DNA of 64,000 nt, from contig NC_086097.1 in assembly GCF_963921235.1 (NCBI RefSeq), forward strand, positions 132,744,001-132,808,000, read 5' to 3'. The notes beneath the pieces are model-generated. The model had not been told where the DNA came from, did not search any database, and was given only the letters and a program-made list of their open reading frames with translations. This stretch comes from Mobula hypostoma (lineage: Eukaryota). Of this stretch, positions 1 through 11,332 are shown one piece after another (the first letter of the stretch is position 1; each line of letters begins with the position of its first letter). A program made the position numbers and the translations under genes.

Positions 1-1297
1 AAGTTTATATTAACTAATGTTTGTCCTTGTCTTACAATATACTGTACTGTTACTGCTAAAAGCTGATTTTCATATGTTTATGCCTTGTGTATGTATGCCT
101 ATTACAATAGTAAATTTGAACTCAGTGGACAGTATCCCACTTACCCTTGGCACAGGTGGTTTTCTGGGTTACCTTTGAACACATTACGGGATTGTAGTCA
201 CCAGTACCAGTGTAAAGACAGCAAGAAGCATTTTAATGAATGAAGTATGTTTTCATTACAACCCAAGCCAAGGGAACAAAAGTGTTTGAGTTCCTATGTG
301 CTTCGTAAAGACAGCATAACCACCCCTGATTATTATAAGTTATTGGCCGAGGACAGTGTATCCAACAACAGGTTCAAAACAATGGGGAAACCCATCCACC
401 ACTAAGACTGGTGCTAAGAAGGTGATGGTGTGAAATCGAACCTGGGCTTTCAGAGAAACGGATGTCTTACACAATGGGTCAATTGGGAATGAGATGCAAT
501 GGAGCAAATCACCACCAGCCTGGTTCATCTGCAGTCAGCTGTTCCTTTCTAGTTATTACACAATAACAACCTTTTTATTAAACACATAATAATTATTTAT
601 GGCAATGTTATTACAGTATCATTAAACAACTGTTCTTTTTTCTACAGTTAATAGTTCCTAAAGTTGAGATATTATAGCTTTGTTAAGCATTAAGTGTTGG
701 TTTTATGAGGTGCACTAAAATTGAAGTGTTGCTGGAGTGTGGGAGATTTCTGTTCAAATATTCTAATTCTTTGCTTTAATCTTTTTTCAATAGTCTGTGC
801 AGTTTTGCAAAATAGTAACTGGCAGTTACCCTGGGCATAATCTTTAATGGGTTTTGTAATATTAAGGGTTTGAATTACTTCCTAAGCAATGATTAACAGA
901 TGGGTTTGCTGTAATATTTTGTTTCCAATACTAATGAGAGGCAAATTCACTATAGTCAGTGTCATTTAGTTATTCAGACATACGGTGGGTGTTGTCTATG
1001 TAATCCATTTTTTTTTCTCTCTGTCTTGACATGGATTTTTCAGTGCACAAGTATGTGCAACTAGACTTAAAGCCAGAATATAAATATGGATATTCAGCAG
1101 GAAACAGTTATTCTACAAATTTATTTGTATATGGGCATATGTGAATATTTGGCTATTTATTCTGTAATTAGAAAAAGAGATTGAGAAGCTGTGTTGTATT
1201 TGCATGGGAGGTCATAAATATTGATCAGTAACTTCACATCATCCTGAAAGTTTCATTCTCTGCAGCGTAGGGAAAAAATTTTAATTTGGAGAACTAT

Positions 1298-1560
1298 AGA
1301 GTAGCGGTTAGTGCAATCCTATTACAGGTTGGGGCATCGGAGTTTGCAGTTTAATTTCGGCATCCTCTTTAAGGAGCTTGAAACCCTGTGAACACATGTG
1401 TTTCCTCTGATTGCTCCTGGTTCCACCCACTGTCCAAAGACATACTGGTTAGTAGGTTAATTGGTCACTGTAAATTGTTCTGTGATTAGGCTAGTTAAAT
1501 AAGTGGGTTGCCAGGTGGTGCTGGAAAGGCCTGTTCCGTGCTGTGTCCCCAAATAAAAAT
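1298..1560 (+). mobile_element. V-SINE (tRNA-derived head, V domain, CR1-like 3' tail), degenerate
   Basis: Head gtagcggttag; V-domain-like tttcctctgattgctcctggttccacccactgtccaaagac; ggttaattggtcactgtaaatt; tail ggcctgttccgtgctgtg plus aaataaaa. Related copies at 48.4, 54.7, 57.9, 61.4 and 62.7 kb. Confidence 0.8.
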
Positions 1561-1754
1561 TTGAGGAGTAATGATTGCCATGAAGATTAGGAAGACTGAG
1601 AAAGGAATGGGAAGCTTAGGGAATTAAGATCCTTTTCTGAGGTAAAGTGCCAAAGCAAGTCATGGGCTGTTTATGATACTTAATTTCAACCCAGGCAAAT
1701 CAGCAGATAGAACAAAGAGCATTGAGGGTAAAGTGAAGCATGAAATTGATGTGA

Positions 1755-2112
1755 GAACATAGAACAGTACAGGCCCTTCAGCCCATGATGTTGTACTATC
1801 CTTTTAACTTACTCCAAGATCAATTTCGTTTGAAAATGCAGTTGCTTGCTTCTATTATGGGCATGATTTGTCTATTTTTCTCTCTCTCTGTGCATTGGGT
1901 CTTTTTTTTGAACTGGGTTCTTTTGGGCTTTTTGCTTTGTGGCTGCTGTAAGCAGACAAATCTCAAGGTTGCATAATTTATACATACTTTGAATATTGAA
2001 TCATTCTATCCTTTCTCTCTCACATAGCCCTCCCTTTTTCTTACATCCATGTGTCTATCTAAGAATCTCTTCAATGTCCCTAATGTATTTACCTCTACCA
2101 CCACCCCTAGCA
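1755..2112 (-). mobile_element. CR1 LINE 3' end interrupted (~1826-2000) by a Rex1-type 3' UTR fragment
   Basis: gaacatagaacagtacaggcccttcagccc CR1 tail in reverse, resuming at ~2005. The insert ends gacaaatctcaaggttg...tttgaatattgaat, like Rex1 tails. Confidence 0.6.
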
Positions 2113-2868
2113 GTTACTGCTAGTTGTAGTTTTCTCTGAGAACGTGGTTCTAAGTAGGTATTTTCCTTGCACTACCTCACACATACTGAGATTATGCTCC
2201 ATATTGTAAATGAACATCAATGCCGAAAAAGATCATCACCTTCTCTGAAGTATCATTGGAGTCTTTACTGCAAACTCATACTTCCATTACCCTAGAGTTG
2301 CACACAATCAGCAGGGCTATGCGAGAAAAGGAATTGTTGAAGTTTTGTTGCAGATATAGTATCAGGAATGTGGGAAACAGCTTCTGGTGCAAGGAACCGC
2401 ATATCAAAACCAGAAATCAATATTTACACAGCAATATGTCATCTGTTTAGAACACACAATGGGATGATTAATTTATCCCCAACCAATTTTGTTCCATGCT
2501 CATTACTACAGGATATTTTGTAGGCAAACTCAGTCTACAACTCACCTGACATAAACACACATACAAACACCATCCATAAACCAGACATACTCACCAGTCA
2601 TGCACAAATGAACATGCATTTACCATAGCAGCCACAAACTTTCAGTCCAGTCAAAAACCAAGAAATAATTTTCTCCTACCTGTTACAACTCTTGGAGAGT
2701 AGGTTTAATGTAGCTACAGCTGTGGTGGCTAAACTGGGCAAAGATTGACCAGGGAGTGCTGAGGAAGCAGGGAGCCTGCAGAAGGACTTGGACAGATTAG
2801 GACACTGGTAAAAGAAGTGGCAGATGGAATACGAAGTATGGAAATGTATGGTCATGCACCGGTAAGAG

Positions 2869-5800
2869 TGTAGGGCAACGTAATTGGTGGAAACTTGCTG
2901 TACATAGTTAACAACCACTGACATTGAGTTGGGTTCACTTTAAGAGGCTGGTCTGATGTGATGACATATTACGTGAAGTTCTGCTACCTTGCTTTTTGTG
3001 TTCAGTGGTTGGAGTACAATAAACAAGTTGTCACAGTTTTTCTTAAACATAAAAGGCCTCATGTCATTTTGTTTATGAAAACCTACACTGGTGACCCCAG
3101 TGCTCTAGGACAATTCCAGAGTTATTGAACACTGTGGGTTCCAGCTGCCAGGATCGTCTATTGATATTCTTTCAGGGTGACACTTTCTGTGTGACAAGTG
3201 AGTGTGCTGCCACCATCGCCTATTGATGAGAAGGCAAAGAGAGACGAAGTCTCACTGGAGGCCACCATCGGCAGCAGGATTCAACGTACAGGACACAACG
3301 GTGACATGCTGCTTCACTGAGTGACGTTACACATGGGACTTCATCCTAGCAAAAGTGGCTAGACCTTTGCTCAATGCAGATTTCCTGTGCGCCCAAGAAC
3401 TATTAGTCAATTTTAAGAACCACTGGCTTGTGGACGTCAAGAACTTTGGGTCACTACCCTGCTCCCTCTGTAAGTTCCTCACAATGATTCTGTCAAGCCC
3501 ACGCACCACCACATGTGAGTTTACGTGACTGCTAGGTGAATTCAATAAATTCACCAAGCATATGCTCTCCACTGCAGTCACAATACATGGGGTTGAGCAC
3601 CGCATTTCCACAACTAGCCCATCAGTTCATACCCGCGCACGTAGACTGGACCCAGAAAAGCAGGCAACCTCAAAGGCTGAGTTTGCCAACATGGAAAGAC
3701 TTGGCATTGTACGATAGTCGAATAGTTCCTGGGCTTTGTCCCTCCTTATGATGGCTAAGTCTGATGGTGGTTGCCGTCCATGTAGCGATTACCGACGCCT
3801 TAATGAGGCACCACCCCCTGATCGTTACCCAATCCCACACTTGCGAGACTTTTTGGAATGCGTAGCCGGAAAGTTATATTTTACTGAAGTCGATGTAGTT
3901 AGGGACTACTGTCAGGCGCCTGAGTGCTCGGAGAGCATTCTCAAGATGGCTGTGATAACCCTGTTTGGCCTCTTTGAGTTCTGTGCATGCCGTTTGAGCT
4001 GAAAAAGGTAGCACAGACTTTCCAGCAGCTGATGGACGCTGTATTAAAAGACTTAGATTTTCTTTTTGTTTACCTGGATGACATATTCGTTGCCAGTGCA
4101 TCCAAACCTGGACACATATCCCTTCTCTGCACACTTTTCAAGTGTTTACACCAACATGGTTTGATTATTAGCTCTGCAAAATGGCAGTTTGGGTTGTCGG
4201 CTTTTAACTTTCTCGGCCATCACATCGCTGCAGAAGGTGCAAAAGCTCTCCTATCAAAAGCAGCCACTATTATGGATTTTCTGTTGCTCTGCACTACTAA
4301 AAACTCCAGGAGATTTTAAGTGTGGTGAATTTCTATCACTGCTTCTTTCTGCAAACTGCTGAACTTCTGCTTCTCTTGTATAGTGCACCTAAAGGCAATG
4401 CCCCTAATCACGTGCTTGACTGATCACGGACATGACCAGGGCATTTGATGATACCAAGCAAGCTCTTGCAACACGATTCTGCTGGCCCACCCACTCCCCA
4501 ATGCACCCATAGCCACTACTACTGAGACCATCCCTCTAGCATTGATGACGGACACAGACGTGACTTGGGATTTCATCAGCGCCTGGGTTGCTTGGTTTGG
4601 CACCTCATCTGATATTTCCTCAGACCACGGTCCCCAATTCATTTCAGATCTCTGGGCTGAGATGGCGCAGAACCAACATCACACCGTGGCATACCACCCG
4701 CAGTCCAATGGCCTCCTTAAATACTAGTCTGAAGGCTCCCAAATGGATGAGTGTTGGCATGATTGTCTCCCATGGGTCCTGCTGTGGCTCAGAACAGCTC
4801 CAAAAAAGGACCTGCAGTCGCCCACAGCTGAATTGGCATACAGGCAGCATTACAATTGCCAGATGATTTTATTCCTGGTGCCACAACTTCCTGGTCAGCC
4901 TCCCAAAATCATTCCACTCTCCTTAGTAAATTCAGTTCCTACCTCCCATCATGGCGTACAGCACTCTTGGGTTCCTGTTGACCTACGTTGACCTACGTTG
5001 CACCTTGTTTGTTTTTGTTCACCATGATGCACACCAATATCCCCTTAGGGCCCCTTACAATGGCCTGTTCAGCATTTTGGAAAAGCGAGAAAAGATTTTT
5101 ATCATAGATAAGATGGGTACACCCAATCGAGTTTTGATAGATCACCTTTGACCAGCCCACCAAGATTTGGAGGATTCTGCTACCACGCCCCAGTCATCGC
5201 AGCATGACCATGAACGTGGAGGAGGAGCAGAAGATGACAATGCGATGCAGTGCACAGCGGCCACTCCGGCGAATGATGTCTGTAATCTGCAAAGTAAGGT
5301 GCCGCGCACAATCCTGATTTGATGGAGACAGACTTGAGAGAATGGAGGAACATCTGGAGAAACTTCTGAAATGCCTCTTTCGCTGCCACTGCTACTGTGT
5401 GATCCAGAATCTCCGAAGGGTAAGGCCCCGAATCCTTGGCTTTGCTTGTTGCTCGGCGGCCGGGGCGGGGTTGAAGTGCTCGGCAGAGATGGTGCTCGGT
5501 GCTCAGTGTCGGAGGGCTGGTCGGATGCTCGAAGCTTTCGGACAGACTCAGAGTCGGCTGTGGTCCGGTGCTTCCAATGCATCGGCAGTTGTCGACGCCT
5601 GGAGGTTTATGGCAGGGAGAGTTTCTTCATTTCGCCGCACTCTATCGGTACTATCGGGAGTCAATTGGAACTTTGAGACTTTTTTTTACCATGCCCATGG
5701 TCTGCTCTTTATCAAATTATGGTATTGCTTTGCACTGTTGTAAATATTTGTTATAATTATGTGGTCTTGGCAGTGATAGTCTTTGGTTTGTCCAGTTTTT

Positions 5801-6264
5801 TTTGTGATATCACTCTGGAGGAACATTGTATCATTTCTTAATGCATGCATGCATTTCTAAATGACAATAAACGAGGACTGAGTGTCCTCATAATCTAATC
5901 TAACATGTCAACAAACCACTGGATGAGCTAGGGGCACCTGCTGTTCCTCCACCGATGGAGCATAGGACCCAAGTCGGGTGGGTTGCCCAAGCTTCGGATG
6001 GGCTCCCAATGCCGGTTTTAGTGAATTCTTGGGGGGGAAGGAGGGCCTGTGTAGGGTAACGTAATTTGTGGAAACATACTCACAACCACCGACACTGAGT
6101 TGGGCTTCACTTTAAAGGGAAGTAAACCCCAGCTCAGGTCTGACATTACATGAAGTTCTGTTACCACGCTTTTTGTGTTCAGCATTTGGAGTACAGTAAA
6201 TGAGTTGTTACGGTTTTTCTTAAACATAAAATGCCTTACATTGTTTTATTTGCAAAAACCTACA
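2869..6264 (+). mobile_element. Ty3/Gypsy LTR retrotransposon, family A copy 1 (gag largely deleted; PR-RT-partial RNaseH-integrase remnants)
   Basis: Direct LTRs 2869-3087 and 6050-6264 (TGTAGG...CCTACA); PBS TGGTGACCCC at 3089 (tRNA-Trp-like); PPT 6031-6046; RT motifs DYRRLN, DRYPIPH, MPFELK, VYLDDIFV; integrase ISSDHGPQF, YHPQSNG. Many frameshifts. Confidence 0.93.
5219..5901 (+). mobile_element. Non-autonomous ~680-bp Rex1-type (SINE-like) element, copy 1
   Basis: Strong similarity to 34468-35119. 3' hairpin gaggac-tgagt-gtcctc plus (AATCT)n tail. Near-TSD aacgtg (5213-5218) / aacatg (5902-5907). The empty site is visible in the sister Gypsy at ~44200. Confidence 0.85.
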
Positions 6265-8384
6265 GAAGGAATAAAGGCATAGACTATTTTCTAAACAGGG
6301 AGAAACTTCAGAAATCAGAGTTGCAAAGAAACATGGGAGTCCTCATACAGAATTCCCCAAAAGTTAACTTGCAAGTTGAGTCAGTGGTAAGAAAAGCGAA
6401 TACAATGTTAGCAATCATTTCAAGCGAGCTAGAATATAAAAGCAATGCTGAGGCTTTGTAAGGCATTGGTAAGACTGCATGAGAGTATTGTGAGTAGTTA
6501 TGGCATTGGAAAGGATCCAGAGGAGGATCTTCAAAATAATCCCAGGAATTAAAGGTTAATGTGTGAGGAGCATTTGATGGCTCTGGGCCTGTACTCGCTA
6601 GAGTTTAGAAGAATGAGGGGCAATCTCATTGAAAACTATCAAATATTGATAGGGTTAGATAGAGTGGATGTGGAGTGAATGTTTTCTACAGTGGGGGAGT
6701 CTAGGATGAGAGAGCACAACCACAGAATAGAAAGATGTCCTTCTAGAACAGCAATGAGGAGGAATTTATTTAGTTAGAGGGTGTGAATCTGTGGAATTCA
6801 TTGCCATAGACGGATGTGGAGGCCAAGTCATTGGGTATATTTAAATCAGAGCTTGATAGTTTCTTGATTAGGAAAGGACATCAAAAGTTATAGGGAGAAG
6901 GTGGGAGTTTGGGGCTGAGGGGGATAAAAAAAATCAGCCATGGTGAAATAGCAGAGCAAACGTGATGGTACAAATGGTCTAATTCTGCTCTTAGGTCTTA
7001 TGGCCTTATGGTCTTCTCAAACTGAACTCTCTGAAGAACAAACTCACAGCACCTTAGAAGTAAAGTTTTAAACCCTTTGGAGATGACCATCTTTAACTCT
7101 AAAGTGTTTCAAAATATCCATAAACACTCTTGCCTTACCCATTCTGGAACTATAATAATGAAATACCCAATTTTAAAAGAATCTATTTGAATTTTTGCTA
7201 TCAGTCTTTACAATAGTACTGAAGCTACTTTAATTAACCTTATTATTGTTCTATAACATGCGCATTTTTAAACAAAGCAAACATATTTTTAGCACAATAT
7301 ACATTCACTGCCAGCGGCATTCCTTTGGCACCGAGCTAGGTACATGTTGACACTTAGTGAACAAGAAAGTGGGAATGAAATAGACAACATGTAACTGAAG
7401 TGGGTTTCTTCAGATGTTGCAAGGTTCCAAGAGATATGAAAGGAACACGGGCGAAAATATGAAAGCCTGTAATGTTATGAATGAGTTCAGTGCAAGATTT
7501 TTCAGCCTGGTATTTCAAGACAACTTTACACCATCAGGACTATTTTTCAATTCTGTTATGCACATCTTAGCAATCCATAATGGCTTAATTACTCCTAAAT
7601 GTTTTTAGATCAAAGTGGTCTAGATCACATTTCAACTCGTATGAGTTTGACCCAGTCTGATATTTCAATAGACAAAGAAGGACTGTAATAAAGACAGTCT
7701 ATCAATCTAGATAGTTTCTCTATTGTGATCAAATGTATTTTGTGTAATATTTATTTATATGAGAAGAGCTGCTTTGCAGCCTAATATTAGTATGCTAATT
7801 GTGAATGGTAAGTGGGAATAAGATAGATTCTCAGCACAAATATGAATCAAGTTTCACCATTTGAGGATCCTGACAATCATTTTTGATTTCTGTATCTATT
7901 CACTGTAATGGAATGCTGCATCTCAACCTCCTTCAAGTGCAGTGGATTGTAACTTTATCCGCTGCCAAGCTGGGAGCTTTGATTGCTGTCTTTGGAAGAA
8001 ATGACACAAAGAAGGATGATTGCCTCAGAATCTGTTGTCTTGCGGACACACGTGACGCATTCAGAGAATTAAAATTTTAACAACTCATTTGGTGATAGCC
8101 ACTCTTGTGACGCGCTGAACCCAGCTTCAATTTCTTGTGGCTGTGCGCGGCTTTACAGGGAAGGAACCTGCTTTGGCTCACTGCCACAGCTAAAGACAAC
8201 ATACTGGGTTGCCTTGACGCCATTACTAACAAGGTCATGGACGAAAGAATGCTGGTCAGATCCTCACAGAGGCAGATCCCATCTATTCATCTGCTCTGAA
8301 CTCTTTACTTTCCTGTCTGAAAATGCCTAGACATTCAGAATTCTCATTGTTGCTTTAAGTCCCCTCATTTTTCAGTACATAATC

Positions 8385-8600
8385 ACATAAAGAAAGCACA
8401 GAATAGGCCACTCGACCCCTGAAGACTATCCCTCCATTCAACATGATCACAGCTGATCAGAGGCTTCATCTCTGATTTGGCACCCTATTCCTCAGTCCTC
8501 AATTCCCCACTCTTCCAAAAATGTCTCTAATCACTCCTTAAATGCTCCCAGAGACCCAATAATCTCCTCTAAGGCTAAAACCCTTCCAAGAAATCTGTGT
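8385..8600 (-). mobile_element. Old CR1 3'-end remnant
   Basis: gaataggccactcgacccct...ccattcaacatgatcacagctgatc resembles the CR1 tails at 39689 and 63283. Confidence 0.5.
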
Positions 8601-8862
8601 TCCCTCATTTCTGACATTTTCCTTATTTTATTTTTCCATGGTTTCTGTCTTTCTGTATCTACCAGGAACTTATACTCTGGAATTATCTCTATCTCCCTGT
8701 ACTTCTCTCTTTTCTTTCAAGATGCCTGTAAAACTATTGTTGGAAAACTGTGGGTCCTCTGCCCTTGTATCGTTTTTTGTGGTTGAATATCAATTTTTGA
8801 CTGACACTACTTTTGTGAAATATTTCAGAATTCCAGCAGATTTCTGCAGAGGTCTGGGTAAT

Positions 8863-9363
8863 TGTAACATGAAGGGTAACCTGCTGGTTGAAAGCCACCT
8901 CTGTCATATCAGCTGCTAATTGACCTTTCAAAGGATGCAGCAGCTCTCTCTCCAATTGGCTGGCTTCTGTTTCTGGGCACCCCAGGGGTGTCAGAATAGC
9001 ACGTGCAAGAGCCTCGGTATCTTTCCGCTAGGGGCCCTTCTTCAGACTGGGTCACGGCCAGGACTGGAAAGCTGTTGGGAAAGTGTGCTGCAGAAAGAAG
9101 GACATACATCCACACTTGAATAGGAACCTGTTTGCTGTAGTCATAGTTGTGTAAACTGGGGAACATAACCAAGTACTTGAATGAGTCAGAAATGTTATTG
9201 AATGTTTAATGTTGTAGTTTTGTAACTTAGAAGGATTAGCTAAGTATCTGTTTGACTTAGATGTTCGGTTGAGTATTTCACTGTTTGTTTGTAAATAAGT
9301 AGTCAACGTGCTCACTTGTAAACAATGTCTTCTGTCCCACTTACTGAATCCACAAATCTGCTC
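8863..9363 (+). mobile_element. Putative solo LTR related to the ERV LTR at 27040-27560
   Basis: Colinear shared blocks: tgtaacatga..tgctggttgaaagccac, gaatagcac, ttgggaaagtgtgctg, tgtttgacttagatgtt, tgtcttc. The 3' end is cut by a Rex1 fragment. Confidence 0.65.
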
Positions 9364-9364
9364 A

Positions 9365-10215
9365 ATTTACCAGTCAATCTTTCTCTCTCCTCTGCACCTC
9401 CTTATCATCATATTGAGATTTTACCAACAACAGTGGTGTTTCAGCAAATTTATAGATGGTATTTGTGCTGTGCCTAGCCGCACAGTCATGAGTGCAGAGA
9501 GAGGGAGAAGAGTAGTGAACTAAGCACTCGTCCTTGAGGTGTGCTTGTGTTGATTTTGAGAAGTGGATGTTATTACCAGTCCACAGTGATTGTGGTCTCC
9601 TGATAAGGAAGCTGAAGATATAATTGCAGAGGCATATGTTGTGAAGCTTGGTGATTAGTTCAGAGGGGACAATTGCGTTAAATACCAATCTGTAATAGAT
9701 AAATTACAGCCTGATGCATATTTTCTGGTTATATAGGTGCTCTACACAGAATAGGGAGCTAGTGGGAATGTGTCTGTTGTAGAAGTGGGTGAATAATGGC
9801 AGTTTCAGATCCTTGCTCAGAAAAGAGTTAATTCTAGTCGTAACCACCCTCTCAAGGCTCTTTATTAAAGTAGATGTGAGTGCAATCAGGCAATAGCCAT
9901 TGAGGAAGCTCAAAAATGCCATTTTTGGGTACTGATATAATTGTTGCCTTTTGAAGCAGGTGGGAACCTCAGACTACAGTAGTGAGAGGTTGAAAATGCC
10001 TTTACATACTCTGGTCAGTTATTCGGTATAGGCTATCAGTACTTGGCAAATTATGCCATCAGAATCTGACACCTTGCATTCACCATTTTGAAAGATGTTT
10101 TGACATTGCCTCCAAGCCAGAGATCACAGGTGTGCATTAAAGTGTGCACACTTCTCCCCAAAGTGTGTATCAAAGGCATTGAACTCATCAGGAAGTGAAG
10201 CATCACTGAAGCAAA
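9365..10215 (-). mobile_element. Rex1/Babar LINE RT fragment
   Basis: FNAIVPSELITKL, FLIRRPQS, IYKFA and IALTSTLIKSLER motifs in minus-strand ORFs. Confidence 0.85.
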
Positions 10216-10219
10216 GAGC

Positions 10220-10560
10220 TGAAGATGATGGTATTTGATAGGAGAGGAAGGTGAAGCTTGGGATAAAGGGAGGGAGGTGAGGGGAGGAAACCAGTGAAAG
10301 GAGTGTATAGATGATGGTGAGGATGGGGAAGGGGGAACATCTATAATGATGGGGCATGTAGGATCAGAAGGAGAGAACAAAGAGAAAAGGGACAGAGAGA
10401 GAACTGTTATCCAAAGTTGGAGAAATCAATGCTCATACAACCAGGTTAGGGACTACTCAAGTGAAAAATGAGTTGCTGTTCCTCTAGTTTGCATTTAACC
10501 TTAACATAGCAGTACAGGAGGCTGAGGGCATGTTGGTGTGGGAATGGGAAGGAGAATTAG
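10220..10560 (-). mobile_element. Penelope-like element 3' remnant
   Basis: Purine-rich block followed by gagaaatcaatgctcat...tgctgttcctctagtttgc, homologous to 15390-15480. Confidence 0.65.
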
Positions 10561-11332
10561 AAAGGACAAACCTTGAGCCTTCTCAACCTGAATGGCTCAA
10601 CTACCTTACCTTGCCACTGGAGGGGGACGGGAGACCTCACTATGATTTTTGATTACACAGCCAACACAACACAGGAAATGACAAAGCTAACTGGCAGCAA
10701 ACCCTTCTGAAACTACAATAGTTACGCGAACAGAGCAGCAAGTTTAATTAATCAAAAAATAATTATGTCTGGTGGAGATATCAGCCTTTCGCTTCAGGTC
10801 TGACAGCACATTATCAACAACTCTCAATCATGTCAGTGCTTTCCTAGTGGAGACAAGCCTCATTACTTAACTAATAAACTATCTCTCTGATAGTTAATTA
10901 TAAGCCTCTTCTTTTTTTTTATAAACAAAGCTGTTCCATTAAACTTTTTTAATGATCTGCAGCAAAACTCTTTTAACATCGGTGTCTAAGTAGTTGAATA
11001 TCATTAATAAAAGTTAATACAACCCCTAAAGGAACAGAATAATAATTAATTTTCTCTTTTTTTCAATTAATGGTTGATTTGGAGAGACACTGATAAATGT
11101 ACAAATGTGATCGAGCCAAAGAACCTGGAAATTGCGTTCAGTATTAGCATTCGGTTATCTTCCTTAATGGAATAAATACTAAGCTGCTTATCATCAAACT
11201 TGAAAACAAGAAGAGTTTCGTTAGAGTAAGGGAAACCATTTCCCCAACAGGCTACGGAACTGAAGGTCACTGGCATGAGAATCAGAGGGGCGATTGAAAG
11301 AAGTGTTTAATGCAGCAAGTTATCGTGATACC

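Larger units (their letters stand above)
2730..7015 (+). mobile_element. 5'-truncated CR1 LINE (RT C-terminus plus 3' UTR), split by a Gypsy insertion at 2869-6264
   Basis: LQKDLDRLGHW*KKWQMEY..KCMVMH before 2869 continues as RNKGIDYFLNREKLQKSE..VRKANTMLA after 6264. Ends in a (ttatggtc)-type tail. Confidence 0.85.

Noticed and set aside
135..240. Strong minus-strand splice donor (AAGG/GTAAGT) near 145
   Set aside because: No convincing acceptor and no recognisable peptide upstream; an exon cannot be supported without transcript data.
5342..5743. Cys-rich ORF MEEHLEKLLKCLF... with a paralogue at 34549-34878, suggesting a small gene family
   Set aside because: Both lie in the same dispersed repeat. 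Indels shift frames between the copies, and several overlapping frames are open simply because of GC content.
8734..9172. Apparent minus-strand peptide similarity with 27050-27316 (..AIL.P..NQQV)
   Set aside because: Explained by nucleotide homology of two LTR copies; stops and frames are not conserved.
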